Both the position numbers and the translations under genes were made by a program. The notes beneath the pieces were generated by a model, which saw only the letters and a program-made list of their open reading frames with translations, did not search any database and had not been told where the DNA came from. From NCBI GenBank assembly GCA_963701855.1, contig CAVPBK010000005.1, positions 192,001 through 256,000 on the forward strand: 64,000 nt of DNA, read 5' to 3'. The DNA is from Nitrospirota bacterium. GTDB lineage: Bacteria; Nitrospirota; Nitrospiria; Nitrospirales; Nitrospiraceae. How positions within the stretch are numbered: the first letter of the stretch is position 1; every line of letters begins with the position of its first letter. This document shows, piece after piece, positions 38,115 through 47,174 of this stretch.

Positions 38115-39104
38115 ATGAAGCCTGTCCGTGCCGGCGTCATCGGCGTCGGACATCTCGGGCAGCACCATGCGCGTCTCTATGCCGCCTTGCCGGGGGCGCA
38201 GCTCATCGGCGTGGTGGATCAGTCGATCGAGCGAGCGCGGACGGTCGCAGATCGACATGGCGCGCGCGTCTTTCGTACGACCGATGAGTTGTTGCCGCAC
38301 GTTGATGTCGTCAGCGTAGCGGTGCCCACGTCAGACCACTATGCCGTTGCAAAAATCTGTCTGCTGGCGGGCAAGCATGTGTTGGTCGAAAAGCCGATTG
38401 CCGTGACGCCGGCAGAGGCGCAGGAGTTGGTGCAGTTGGCCAAGCAGCAGGGCTGTTGTGTACAGGTGGGGCACAGTGAACGGTTCAATCCGGTGATGGC
38501 GTTGATGCGTCCTCATATCGGGCAACCTGTGTTCATCGAATGTCACCGTCTCAGCAGTTTCAGTGAACGGGGGACGGACGTGGATGTGGTGTTGGACCTG
38601 ATGATTCACGATATAGATCTTGTGCTGTCCTTGAATCCCGGTCCCGTTGAAGAGGTGCGCGCCGCGGGGGTATCGGTATTGTCTCCCTCGATCGATATTG
38701 CCAATGCCCGCATTCAGTTTCGAAGCGGCTGTGTGGCTAACCTGACCTCCAGTCGTGTGTCGATGAATAAGATGCGTCGGCTGCGCCTTTTTCAGCGAGA
38801 CAATTATCTGTCGATCGATTTTCAGACCAGGCAAGGGATGATTTGCCGACGCAACGCTAAGGCAGGGGAACGGCCAGCTGTCGAAGTTGAGCAGTTTCAG
38901 GGTGGAGATGAAGAACCGTTGAAGCTCCAACTTGCATCGTTTCTTCACGCCATCGGCACGAGCACGAGGCCGGTGGTATCGGGCGAAGATGGCGCGGCGG
39001 CAGTAGGTGTAGCGTATCAAGTCTTGCAGGCCATTGCGGCCTTTGCAGCTCGCCATGAAGAAGGGGGTAGCAGGGATACGGAGGTGGCGGGGCAGGAGGG
39101 ATAA
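38115..39104 (+). CDS. Gfo/Idh/MocA oxidoreductase (GnnA-like)
   Basis: GVGHLGQHH, EKP, GHSERFNP, DVVLDLMIHDID; lies between lpxI and lpxB. Confidence 0.85.
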   Translation: MKPVRAGVIGVGHLGQHHARLYAALPGAQLIGVVDQSIERARTVADRHGARVFRTTDELLPHVDVVSVAVPTSDHYAVAKICLLAGKHVLVEKPIAVTPAEAQELVQLAKQQGCCVQVGHSERFNPVMALMRPHIGQPVFIECHRLSSFSERGTDVDVVLDLMIHDIDLVLSLNPGPVEEVRAAGVSVLSPSIDIANARIQFRSGCVANLTSSRVSMNKMRRLRLFQRDNYLSIDFQTRQGMICRRNAKAGERPAVEVEQFQGGDEEPLKLQLASFLHAIGTSTRPVVSGEDGAAAVGVAYQVLQAIAAFAARHEEGGSRDTEVAGQEG

Positions 39105-39185
39105 AAAAGGGGTAACGGGATAAAAGGCGCAGGCTGTTCCCCCGACCACGTTTTTCCCCTACCCCATTACCTCGTCCCCGAAGCC

Positions 39186-40313
39186 ATGAGGATTCTGATC
39201 GTAACAGGCGAAGCCTCGGGTGATCTCCACGGGGCTCATTTAGCCAAGGCGATCTTGGCACTCGATCCGATGGCCCAGCTGGTCGGTATTGGTGGATCTG
39301 GGATGCGGGCTGCTGGTGTCAGCCTTGTGCCGGGTGTCCCACAGCTGGATGTCATGGGATTGATCGGGCTGTCTGCGATCCGAGCCATGATCCAGCGCGT
39401 GCGCGCCATCCGGCGGGTGCTGAAGGCAGAGGCCTGGGATCTTGTCGTGCTGATCGATAACCCAGGGCTGAACTTTCATTTTGCCCGGGTGGCCAAAGCT
39501 GCCGGCCGACGCGTGCTCTACTACATTGCCCCTCAAGTGTGGGCCTGGCGGCCGGGGCGCATGAAGTGGATTCAGCGCCGGGTCGATCATGTCGTCGTCA
39601 TCCTCCCATTCGAACCGGAGCTCTATCGACGGGCAGGAGTTCGGTGCACGTTTGTCGGCCATCCACTACTTGATTCGGTAGCGCCGCAGTATGATCGTGC
39701 GACGCTTCGGAAGGAGTTCGGCTTTGATGACTCTGCCCGCGTGGTTGGATTGTTGCCGGGAAGTCGAAGGAGCGAAGTCGAAATGCTCCTGCCGGTACTC
39801 CTCAAGGCGGCAGCTCAATTGGTCGCGGCCGAGCCGGGAACGCATTTTATCCTGGCGCAGGCCTCCTCAATTGACGATAATCTGATCCAGGCATTGCTCC
39901 AGCACAGCCCTGTGCCGGTTCAAGTGGCGCATGACCGAGCCAGTGAGGTGATGGCCCTGTCCGATGTGTTGTTCATTGCGTCAGGGACCGCGACCTTGCA
40001 GGCGGCGGTGGTGGGGACTCCCATGGTGCTGCTCTACAAGACGTCGCCGTTGACCTATCGGCTTGCGCGTTGGCTGATCAATGTCAAATGGATCGGGCTT
40101 GTGAATTTGGTGGCTGGTCGATCGATCGTGCCGGAGATCATTCAAGATGAGGCGACGGACGAGCGGTTGTGCCAGGAAGTCTTGCACCTCTTGCGCGATC
40201 CGTCGGCGTATAATGACATGAAAGAAGGACTACGGCAGGTTCGGCAATCGTTGGGAGAACCAGGCGCATCCCGCCGGGCCGCGCAGGTGGTATTGTCTGA
40301 ATGTCGACTCTAG
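39186..40313 (+). CDS. lpxB: Lipid-A-disaccharide synthase
   Basis: GEASGDLHGA, YYIAPQVWAWR, FVGHPL, LLPGSRRSE, SGTATL. Confidence 0.95.
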   Translation: MRILIVTGEASGDLHGAHLAKAILALDPMAQLVGIGGSGMRAAGVSLVPGVPQLDVMGLIGLSAIRAMIQRVRAIRRVLKAEAWDLVVLIDNPGLNFHFARVAKAAGRRVLYYIAPQVWAWRPGRMKWIQRRVDHVVVILPFEPELYRRAGVRCTFVGHPLLDSVAPQYDRATLRKEFGFDDSARVVGLLPGSRRSEVEMLLPVLLKAAAQLVAAEPGTHFILAQASSIDDNLIQALLQHSPVPVQVAHDRASEVMALSDVLFIASGTATLQAAVVGTPMVLLYKTSPLTYRLARWLINVKWIGLVNLVAGRSIVPEIIQDEATDERLCQEVLHLLRDPSAYNDMKEGLRQVRQSLGEPGASRRAAQVVLSECRL

Positions 40314-42046
40314 ATCGCCTGATACGATTGGTCCGCTACCTCAAACCCTATCGGGTTCGGCTAGGTGCGGCGTTTGCGTGCTCGGGGTTGGTGGCGGCCT
40401 TCTCCGGCGCTTACGCCTGGCTCGTCAAACCGGTCCTCGACGAGATTTTCATCAACAAAAATGAAAGCCTCCTGCTGGTGCTCCCGCTTGCGCTCTTTGC
40501 CGTGGCGTTACTCAAGAGCATCTTCAACTATGGACAAAACTATCTCATGAACTATGTCGGGAATCAGGTGATCACCGACATTCGGCAAGAGCTGTTCGGC
40601 AAGCTCATTCGGCTGCCCGTTCCCTATCACGATGTGAATACTTCGGGGCGATTGGTGTCCCGTGTGGTGAGCGACGTCACGTTGATGGCCAACGCGGTGG
40701 CGGGGGTATTGAAAGATATTTTTCAACAGGGACTCACGTTTTTGGCCATGATGGGCGTGATCTTCTATCAGAACTGGCGGCTGGGCGGTCTCTCGGTGAT
40801 CGTTATCCCCTTGGCCGTATTCACGATGGTGCGGATGGGGAAGCGGCTGCGGTCATTAGCCGCAAGTGGCCAGGAGCGGATGGGGGATATGGCTTCCACG
40901 CTTCAGGAAACGTTATCAGGCATTCGCATGGTAAAGGCCTATGGGCGTGAAGAGTCGGAGGCGGCGCGATTTCAACAGAGCAACCGCTTGTTTCTCAGTA
41001 CGACGATGAAGGCGATTCAGGTCTCCTCCCTCGGATCATCGCATATGGAAGTGATCGGTGTCGTGGGGGTTGCCGCGATTATTTGGTATGGCGGATTTCT
41101 CGTGATCAACGGTTCGATGACGCCGGGAGAGTTTTTCTCATTTCTGACGGCGATGTTTATGGCCTATGCGCCGATTCGCAAACTGTCCGGTTCCAATAAT
41201 GCGATTCAACAAGCGCTGGCCGCGGCGGAACGGGTCTTTGGCGTGTTGGACCTCAAGACCGAGCAGGATGCGGAAAAGGGCCGGTTGGAGTTGCCGAGGA
41301 TTGCGCAGTCGGTGACGTTCGACGATGTGACGTTTCATTATGAGAGCCAATCAGTACCGGCGCTCAACGATATCAATCTGACGATTCGTGCCGGAGAAAT
41401 GGTGGCCCTTGTAGGCAGCAGCGGCAGTGGAAAGACGACGCTGGTCAATCTGATTCCGCGCTTTTACGAGCCGATAGCCGGCCGCATTCTCATCGATGGA
41501 GTCGATATTCAGTCGTACACCCTCCGCTCGCTTCGATCGCAGATCGGCATGGTATCGCAAGATGTGGTCTTGTTCGACGACAGTATTCGTAACAACATCG
41601 CATTTGGACGGGAAGATGCAACCGACGAAGATATTATCCAGGCGGCGCGACTGGCCTATGCCCATGATTTTGTCGAACGCCTTCCGCAGGGGTACCAGAC
41701 AGTCGTGGGAGAGAAAGGGGTAAAACTCTCCGGCGGGGAACGGCAGCGTGTGGCCATCGCCCGTGCGATTTTACGCGACCCTCCCTTGCTCATTCTTGAT
41801 GAAGCGACGTCGGCGTTGGACACCGAGTCTGAGCGTGTCGTTCAGCTGGCCCTCGCCAATTTGATGAAGAATCGAACGACCGTCGTGATCGCCCATCGGT
41901 TGTCCACGATTCAACGGGCTGATCGAATCATGGTGTTGGCCCGAGGGTCGATCGTTGAAGTGGGGACACACGACGAGCTGCTTTGCCGTGACGGACAGTA
42001 TAAGCGGCTCCATGCGATGCAGTTCCAGGATGTGCCCGATGCATAA
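40301..42046 (+). CDS. msbA: Lipid A export ABC transporter
   Basis: Six-TM domain plus NBD (GSSGSGKTT, LSGGERQR, LDEATSALD); lpx cluster context. Confidence 0.9.
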   Translation: MSTLDRLIRLVRYLKPYRVRLGAAFACSGLVAAFSGAYAWLVKPVLDEIFINKNESLLLVLPLALFAVALLKSIFNYGQNYLMNYVGNQVITDIRQELFGKLIRLPVPYHDVNTSGRLVSRVVSDVTLMANAVAGVLKDIFQQGLTFLAMMGVIFYQNWRLGGLSVIVIPLAVFTMVRMGKRLRSLAASGQERMGDMASTLQETLSGIRMVKAYGREESEAARFQQSNRLFLSTTMKAIQVSSLGSSHMEVIGVVGVAAIIWYGGFLVINGSMTPGEFFSFLTAMFMAYAPIRKLSGSNNAIQQALAAAERVFGVLDLKTEQDAEKGRLELPRIAQSVTFDDVTFHYESQSVPALNDINLTIRAGEMVALVGSSGSGKTTLVNLIPRFYEPIAGRILIDGVDIQSYTLRSLRSQIGMVSQDVVLFDDSIRNNIAFGREDATDEDIIQAARLAYAHDFVERLPQGYQTVVGEKGVKLSGGERQRVAIARAILRDPPLLILDEATSALDTESERVVQLALANLMKNRTTVVIAHRLSTIQRADRIMVLARGSIVEVGTHDELLCRDGQYKRLHAMQFQDVPDA

Positions 42047-42718
42047 ACCCGCCATGAAGCAAGTCGAGAAGTGGCTGAAGCTTTCTGTGCTCCCTCCAAT
42101 CGGGGCTGCGGTGATTCGAGGGCTGGGGCGGTCTATGCAGATGGATTCGCAAGGCCACGAGCAGGTGGATGCGTTGTATCGTCAGGGCAGGCATATCATC
42201 CTTGCGTTTTGGCATGCGCAGCAACTCATGGTCCCGACAGGCTATCGTGGAACAGGGGCTAACGTGTTGATCAGCCAGCATCAGGATGGTGAGATTATTG
42301 CGCGCATCATCTCTCGATTCGGGCATCGGGCGGTTCGTGGGTCGAGCACCAGGGGCGGAGCCCTTGCATTACGGGAGCTGATCCGCCTTGGGCGATCCGG
42401 AGCTGATCTGGTGGTGACTCCCGATGGACCCAAGGGGCCTCGCCAGGTTGCGAAACTCGGCGTGGTTCAGCTGGCAAAGGCGACCGGGCTTCCGATTGTG
42501 CCCCTGGCCTTTAGTTGCTCAAAAAAAAAATCTTCGCAAGCTGGGATCGGTTCATGGTCCCGTATCCATGGTCCCGAGGTCTCTATCTCTGGGGCGCTCC
42601 CATCTGTGTTCCACGAGATGCTGATGAGCAGGCGTTGGAGGCGGCATGCCTGGAGCTTGAGACGGTCCTGAATCGACTGACGGATCAAGCGGAAGAGGCC
42701 GTGAAACGTGAAACGTGA
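42039..42718 (+). CDS. DUF374 / lysophospholipid acyltransferase-like protein, split by a -1 frameshift at an A10 tract
   Basis: FWH, ISQHQDGE, RGSSTRGG, TPDGPKGP in the first frame; SWDRFMVPYPWS in the -1 frame after A10 at 42521-42530. Confidence 0.8.
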
Positions 42719-42784
42719 AACGTTAAACGTAAGGAGTCCAGGGGCGTCGTTTTACCTTTCACCTTTCCCGTCTCACGTTTAACG
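42700..42784. repeat. 7-bp periodic inverted repeat (CGTGAAA)n ... (TTTCAC)n
   Basis: CGTGAAA x3 + CGTTAAA + CGTAAG, then TTTTACC TTTCACC TTTCCCG TCTCACG TTTAACG; contains the DUF374 stop. Confidence 0.8.
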
Positions 42785-42791
42785 CGCAGCC

Positions 42792-44219
42792 ATGTGGCGT
42801 CTCTTCTACAACATTCTGTTGCTGGTTGTTTCGCCGCTCATCGTGGCGGTCCTGCTGGCCAAGCGACGGTGCCGTCCCGGACTGCTTCAACGTCTGGGAA
42901 TAGGAAATAGTCTATCTGGGCTGTCTGGTCTATCTCGTCGACCGGATCAACCAGATAGACCAAACGAACCAGACAGACCTGATAGACCATCCCAACCAGT
43001 CATCTGGATTCACGCCGTTTCTCTTGGTGAAGTGGTGGCGGTGACACCCCTCGTCCACGAGCTCCATCGCCGTCATCCTGCGTACCTCCTGGTGGTCTCG
43101 ACGGTGACCGAGACCGGGCGGGAAGCAGTGGAGCAGCGGTTGGCCGGCGTGGCAGAACACTGTTATGCGCCGCTCGATTTCCCTTGGGTTGTTTCTCTGT
43201 TCATCGAACGATTGCAACCCTGCCTCTATCTGTTCGTCGAGACCGAACTCTGGCCGAATCTCTTGTGGCATCTGCGTCAGCGTGGAGTACCGACCGCTCT
43301 TGTGAACGGCCGGCTCTCGACCAGGTCTTTTGCACGGCAGCGGTGGGCGCCCGTGCGATCGTTCTATCGGACGATGTTGCAGACGCTCAGCCTCTGCCTG
43401 ATGCAGTCGGACCGGGACGTTGATCGTATCGTTGCGCTGGGAGCAGAGGCGTCGCGGGTCAGGCGAACAGGGAATATCAAGTTTGACCAGCCGATACCGG
43501 TTGTCGCGGAGGGTGCGACGACCAGGGCTCATCTTGGGCTTCAGGATACGGAACAGCTGTTTGTGGCAGGCAGTACCCATCCCGGCGAAGAAGAAATCCT
43601 CGTGGAATGCTATCGGGCGCTCGTGGCACGCTATTCCTCAGCGGTCTTATTGCTGGCACCTCGACACATTGAGCGAGCGGAATCGGTAGAGGCGATGATT
43701 CGGGCGCGCGGGCTCGCGGTGCAGCGACGCAGCACTATTGGGCAGGCCGGCGCGCGGAGGTCTACTGGTCCTCGTGTGGTGGTGCTCGATTCACGGGGGG
43801 AATTGGCTGCGATCTACCGGGAAGCGGTGGTGGCGTTTGTCGGAGGCACACTCGTTCCGATTGGTGGACACAATTTGCTGGAGCCGGCTCAGTGGGCAAA
43901 ACCGGTGTTATTCGGTCTCTACACTGACCATTGTGCGGAGATAGCAGATTTATTGATCCAGGCGGGAGGGGGCCGCATGGTTCTTCATGCGGAGGATCTC
44001 ACGCAACAAGTCATGGCCCTCTTTTCCGATGACAAGGAACGGGAGCGGATGGGCCGGTCGGCTCGTCAGGTGGTCGAACAGAATCAGGGAGCCTTGCAAC
44101 GGACGATGGAGGCCATCGATAGATTGCTGATACCGAATCAAGGCACCAGTGGGTCTCTTCTTGCAGACCGGTCGCTTTCCCTCACGGCTGAGAAAAGTGG
44201 CACCTACTCAGGTAGATAA
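42792..44219 (+). CDS. waaA: Kdo transferase WaaA with an in-frame repeat insertion
   Basis: IWIHAVSLGE, ETELWPN, GNIKFD, GSTHPGEE, APRH.ER, GGHNLLEP. Confidence 0.93.
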   Translation: MWRLFYNILLLVVSPLIVAVLLAKRRCRPGLLQRLGIGNSLSGLSGLSRRPDQPDRPNEPDRPDRPSQPVIWIHAVSLGEVVAVTPLVHELHRRHPAYLLVVSTVTETGREAVEQRLAGVAEHCYAPLDFPWVVSLFIERLQPCLYLFVETELWPNLLWHLRQRGVPTALVNGRLSTRSFARQRWAPVRSFYRTMLQTLSLCLMQSDRDVDRIVALGAEASRVRRTGNIKFDQPIPVVAEGATTRAHLGLQDTEQLFVAGSTHPGEEEILVECYRALVARYSSAVLLLAPRHIERAESVEAMIRARGLAVQRRSTIGQAGARRSTGPRVVVLDSRGELAAIYREAVVAFVGGTLVPIGGHNLLEPAQWAKPVLFGLYTDHCAEIADLLIQAGGGRMVLHAEDLTQQVMALFSDDKERERMGRSARQVVEQNQGALQRTMEAIDRLLIPNQGTSGSLLADRSLSLTAEKSGTYSGR

Positions 44220-44346
44220 GCTGAAGGCTGTTAGGGGTCAATCATGCGTGATCACACACAGCATCGGGAATTTGAGTCGGCTGATCGTAATCACTCGGGC
44301 AGATAGACTGAAGGTTTCAGCCTTCAGCCTTCGGCTTGAACACCTG
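44214..44346 (+). pseudogene. Internally deleted four-helix-bundle cassette remnant
   Basis: ATG at 44244 gives MRDHTQHREFESAD, 35/42 nt identical to the gene start at 47175; both flanks also match the 47143-47560 cassette. Confidence 0.8.
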
Positions 44347-44360
44347 AGTCGGTACGAAAC

Positions 44361-45443
44361 GTGTTAACTCCTGGGGAAAAAGTCAGAAGATGGCTGATGT
44401 GGGCCGCAATCCCCTATGGGGTGGTTGCGCGGTTGCGCGCACTCCTGTACGACTGGGGCTGGTTCGCCCAGCGGCGATTGCCGGTCCCCGTGCTGAGTGT
44501 CGGGAATCTCACGCTGGGAGGGACAGGGAAAACGCCGGTAGTTATTATGCTGGTCGATTGGCTTCTGGCGCAGGGGAAACGGGTGGCGATTCTCAGCCGG
44601 GGCTATCGACGGACAAGTACGGCCTCGTATCTGCTGGTGTCGAATGGCGAGCACCTGTTGGTCGGCCCGAGTGAGGCCGGTGATGAACCATTCTTGATGG
44701 CGCAGCGTTGCCCCAAAGCAATCGTGGCTGTCGGCGCTGATCGCTATGAGCTCGGTAACTGGGTCTTGAAGCGATTTCCGATCGATTATTTAGTGCTCGA
44801 CGATGGATTTCAGCACCTAGGACTCGCGCGCGACGTCAATCTCTTGCTGGTCGATGCCACGGATGCGGAGGGACTCGCGGCTCTGGTGCCGGCCGGTCGG
44901 CTCCGGGAACCGCTACGGGCGGCGGCGCGCGCGACTGCGATCGTCGTTACGAGGGCAGACGTGCCGGCTCAGGTGACAGAGGTCTGTCGCAGACTGCGGG
45001 CCACGCTCGGTTCGATGTCGGACCCAATCCAGGCGGTCTTTCGTCCGGAGAGTCTCGTATCGGTGGTGACCGGTGCTTCGCAGCCGCTCTCCTGGTCCAA
45101 GGGGAAAACGGCGCTGCTCTGCAGCGGCGTGGGTCATGCCGGATCGTTTCGCTCTCTCGTCGAGCGAATAGGGATCAGGATTCTTGATGAAATGGTCTAT
45201 GCCGATCACCATGCCTATACGAACCAGGATGTCGAACGACTGAGTGCCAGAGCAGTTGAGCTTCAGGCTGAGATGGTTGTGACGACGGAGAAAGATGCCA
45301 GCAAGTTGGCTGCGCTGCTCCAACCCACCGATAGCTGGTGGGCAGTCCGATTGAGCACCTATGTGATTGTGGGGGAAGATCGGCTGCGGCGGTTAGTTCT
45401 CGATAGGCTGAAAGCTGAAGGCATATCTTTCGGAGGGTTGTGA
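44361..45443 (+). CDS. lpxK: Tetraacyldisaccharide 4'-kinase
   Basis: SVGNLTLGGTGKTP, LSRGY, GDEP, LDDGFQH, PAGRLRE, TTEKD. Confidence 0.95.
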   Translation: MLTPGEKVRRWLMWAAIPYGVVARLRALLYDWGWFAQRRLPVPVLSVGNLTLGGTGKTPVVIMLVDWLLAQGKRVAILSRGYRRTSTASYLLVSNGEHLLVGPSEAGDEPFLMAQRCPKAIVAVGADRYELGNWVLKRFPIDYLVLDDGFQHLGLARDVNLLLVDATDAEGLAALVPAGRLREPLRAAARATAIVVTRADVPAQVTEVCRRLRATLGSMSDPIQAVFRPESLVSVVTGASQPLSWSKGKTALLCSGVGHAGSFRSLVERIGIRILDEMVYADHHAYTNQDVERLSARAVELQAEMVVTTEKDASKLAALLQPTDSWWAVRLSTYVIVGEDRLRRLVLDRLKAEGISFGGL

Positions 45444-47146
45444 ATAAAGACTCAATAAAGAGAATTCTTGTGCGTGGACCTAACTGGCTTGGCGATGCGG
45501 TGATGTGTGAGCCCGCGCTCCGTGGATTGCGGAGGCTATTCCCCGACGCTCAGATTGCGCTGTTGGTCAAGCCGGCTGTAGCCGATTTGTTCGCAGGCCA
45601 TCCGTCATTGACGCGCGTGTTGACCTACGACACCAAGGGGCACCATGCGGGACTCTCCGGTAAGTGGGGTCTGGCTGGGCAGTTGCGTCGGCAAGGCTTC
45701 GACCTGGCGGTGTTGTTTCAGAATGCGTTTGAGGCGGCGTTTCTGACGTTCCTGGCCGGCGTGCCTCGGCGCTATGGGTATGCAACAGACGGACGAAGTC
45801 TGCTGCTGTCAGATCCAGTTGTTACGCCGGATCGCCGCTCGCTAGTCCATCAGGTTCGCTATTATTGGGACATGCTGGAACCGCTGGGCCTCAAGGGCGA
45901 CCCTTCTGCACCAGAACTCGCCGTTTTTCCTGAGGAGGAACAGGCGATGGCGGGGAGATTTGCCCAGGGCGGATTGTCCGCCACGGATGTCGTCGTCGGG
46001 GTCAATCCAGGTTCGACCTACGGTGGGGCCAAACGCTGGTTGCCTGAACGGTTTGCCGAGGTCACGGAACGACTCTGCAGCACAATTCGCGAATCTCGCG
46101 GACAACAAGCCAGCGTGGTCATTTTTGGAGCCAAGGGAGAAGAGCGTTTGGGTCAGGAGATTGCTGAGCGTCTGACGTCCCCATCTCTGGTCTTGTCCGG
46201 GGCAACGACGATCCGGGAACTCATGGCAGCGGTGAAACGGTGTGCCATGCTCCTTACGAATGATACCGGTCCCATGCACATCGCGTCTGCGTTTCAGGTG
46301 CCGGTCGTCGCGATTTTCGGGCCGACCGATTGGCGCACCACGTCGCCCTTTGGGAGCGCCCATGCCATTGTGCGTCAGCCGGTCGATTGCGCACCCTGCC
46401 TATTGCGTGAATGTCCTATCGACCATAGGTGCATGACGCGGGTGACGGTGGATCAAGTCTATGAAGTGGGTCTGTCTAGCCTTTCTAGTCTGTCTGGTCG
46501 AAAAGCTCTATCTGGTCTATCTCGTCCGAACCAGACAAACAAGACAGACCTCTCCCACCAGATAGACCAGACAAACATTCTCGATGGTGTCACTGTGTTT
46601 CTGGATCGAGATGGAACATTGAACTACGATCCAGGCTATTTGAAAATCGCCGCTGATCTGAAGTTGTTGGCGGGGGTTGGGCCGGCTCTCGCGCGGTTGA
46701 AAGGGGCCGGTGCGAAATTAGTGGTCGTGACCAACCAATCCGGTGTTGGCCGTGGAATTGTGACCCTCAAGGATCTGGAAGCGATTCATGCCCGCCTACA
46801 AGGTATTTTGGAACAGGAGGACGCGGCGCTGGATGCGATCTATTTTTGCCCGCACCATCCTGACGATGGCTGCCGCTGCCGCAAACCGAATGTCGGAATG
46901 GTGGAACGGGCTGTGTCAGAGTTGCAACTGGATCTCCGACGTTCCTATTTGATTGGCGATCACGCGCGCGATATACAATTGGCACACAAGGTTGGAGCCA
47001 AGGCTATTTTGATTACGACCACGCAGGTGGACGCGCAGTCGATGGATAGGCTTAAGGTTGAACAGGCCATGCCTGATGCCGTGGCGAAGTCTATGACTGA
47101 GGCAGTTGACTGGATCCTGAATGACGTGAAGACACTACTCAGATAG
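45440..47146 (+). CDS. waaF: Fused heptosyltransferase II (WaaF) and heptose-1,7-bisphosphate phosphatase (GmhB)
   Basis: PNWLGDAVM, NPGSTYGGAKRW, TNDTGPMH; then FLDRDGTL, VTNQSG, CPHHP..C.CRKP; linker is a 9-bp repeat. Confidence 0.9.
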   Translation: MNKDSIKRILVRGPNWLGDAVMCEPALRGLRRLFPDAQIALLVKPAVADLFAGHPSLTRVLTYDTKGHHAGLSGKWGLAGQLRRQGFDLAVLFQNAFEAAFLTFLAGVPRRYGYATDGRSLLLSDPVVTPDRRSLVHQVRYYWDMLEPLGLKGDPSAPELAVFPEEEQAMAGRFAQGGLSATDVVVGVNPGSTYGGAKRWLPERFAEVTERLCSTIRESRGQQASVVIFGAKGEERLGQEIAERLTSPSLVLSGATTIRELMAAVKRCAMLLTNDTGPMHIASAFQVPVVAIFGPTDWRTTSPFGSAHAIVRQPVDCAPCLLRECPIDHRCMTRVTVDQVYEVGLSSLSSLSGRKALSGLSRPNQTNKTDLSHQIDQTNILDGVTVFLDRDGTLNYDPGYLKIAADLKLLAGVGPALARLKGAGAKLVVVTNQSGVGRGIVTLKDLEAIHARLQGILEQEDAALDAIYFCPHHPDDGCRCRKPNVGMVERAVSELQLDLRRSYLIGDHARDIQLAHKVGAKAILITTTQVDAQSMDRLKVEQAMPDAVAKSMTEAVDWILNDVKTLLR

Positions 47147-47174
47147 ATAGGCTGAAGGCGTTTATGGGTTAAGC

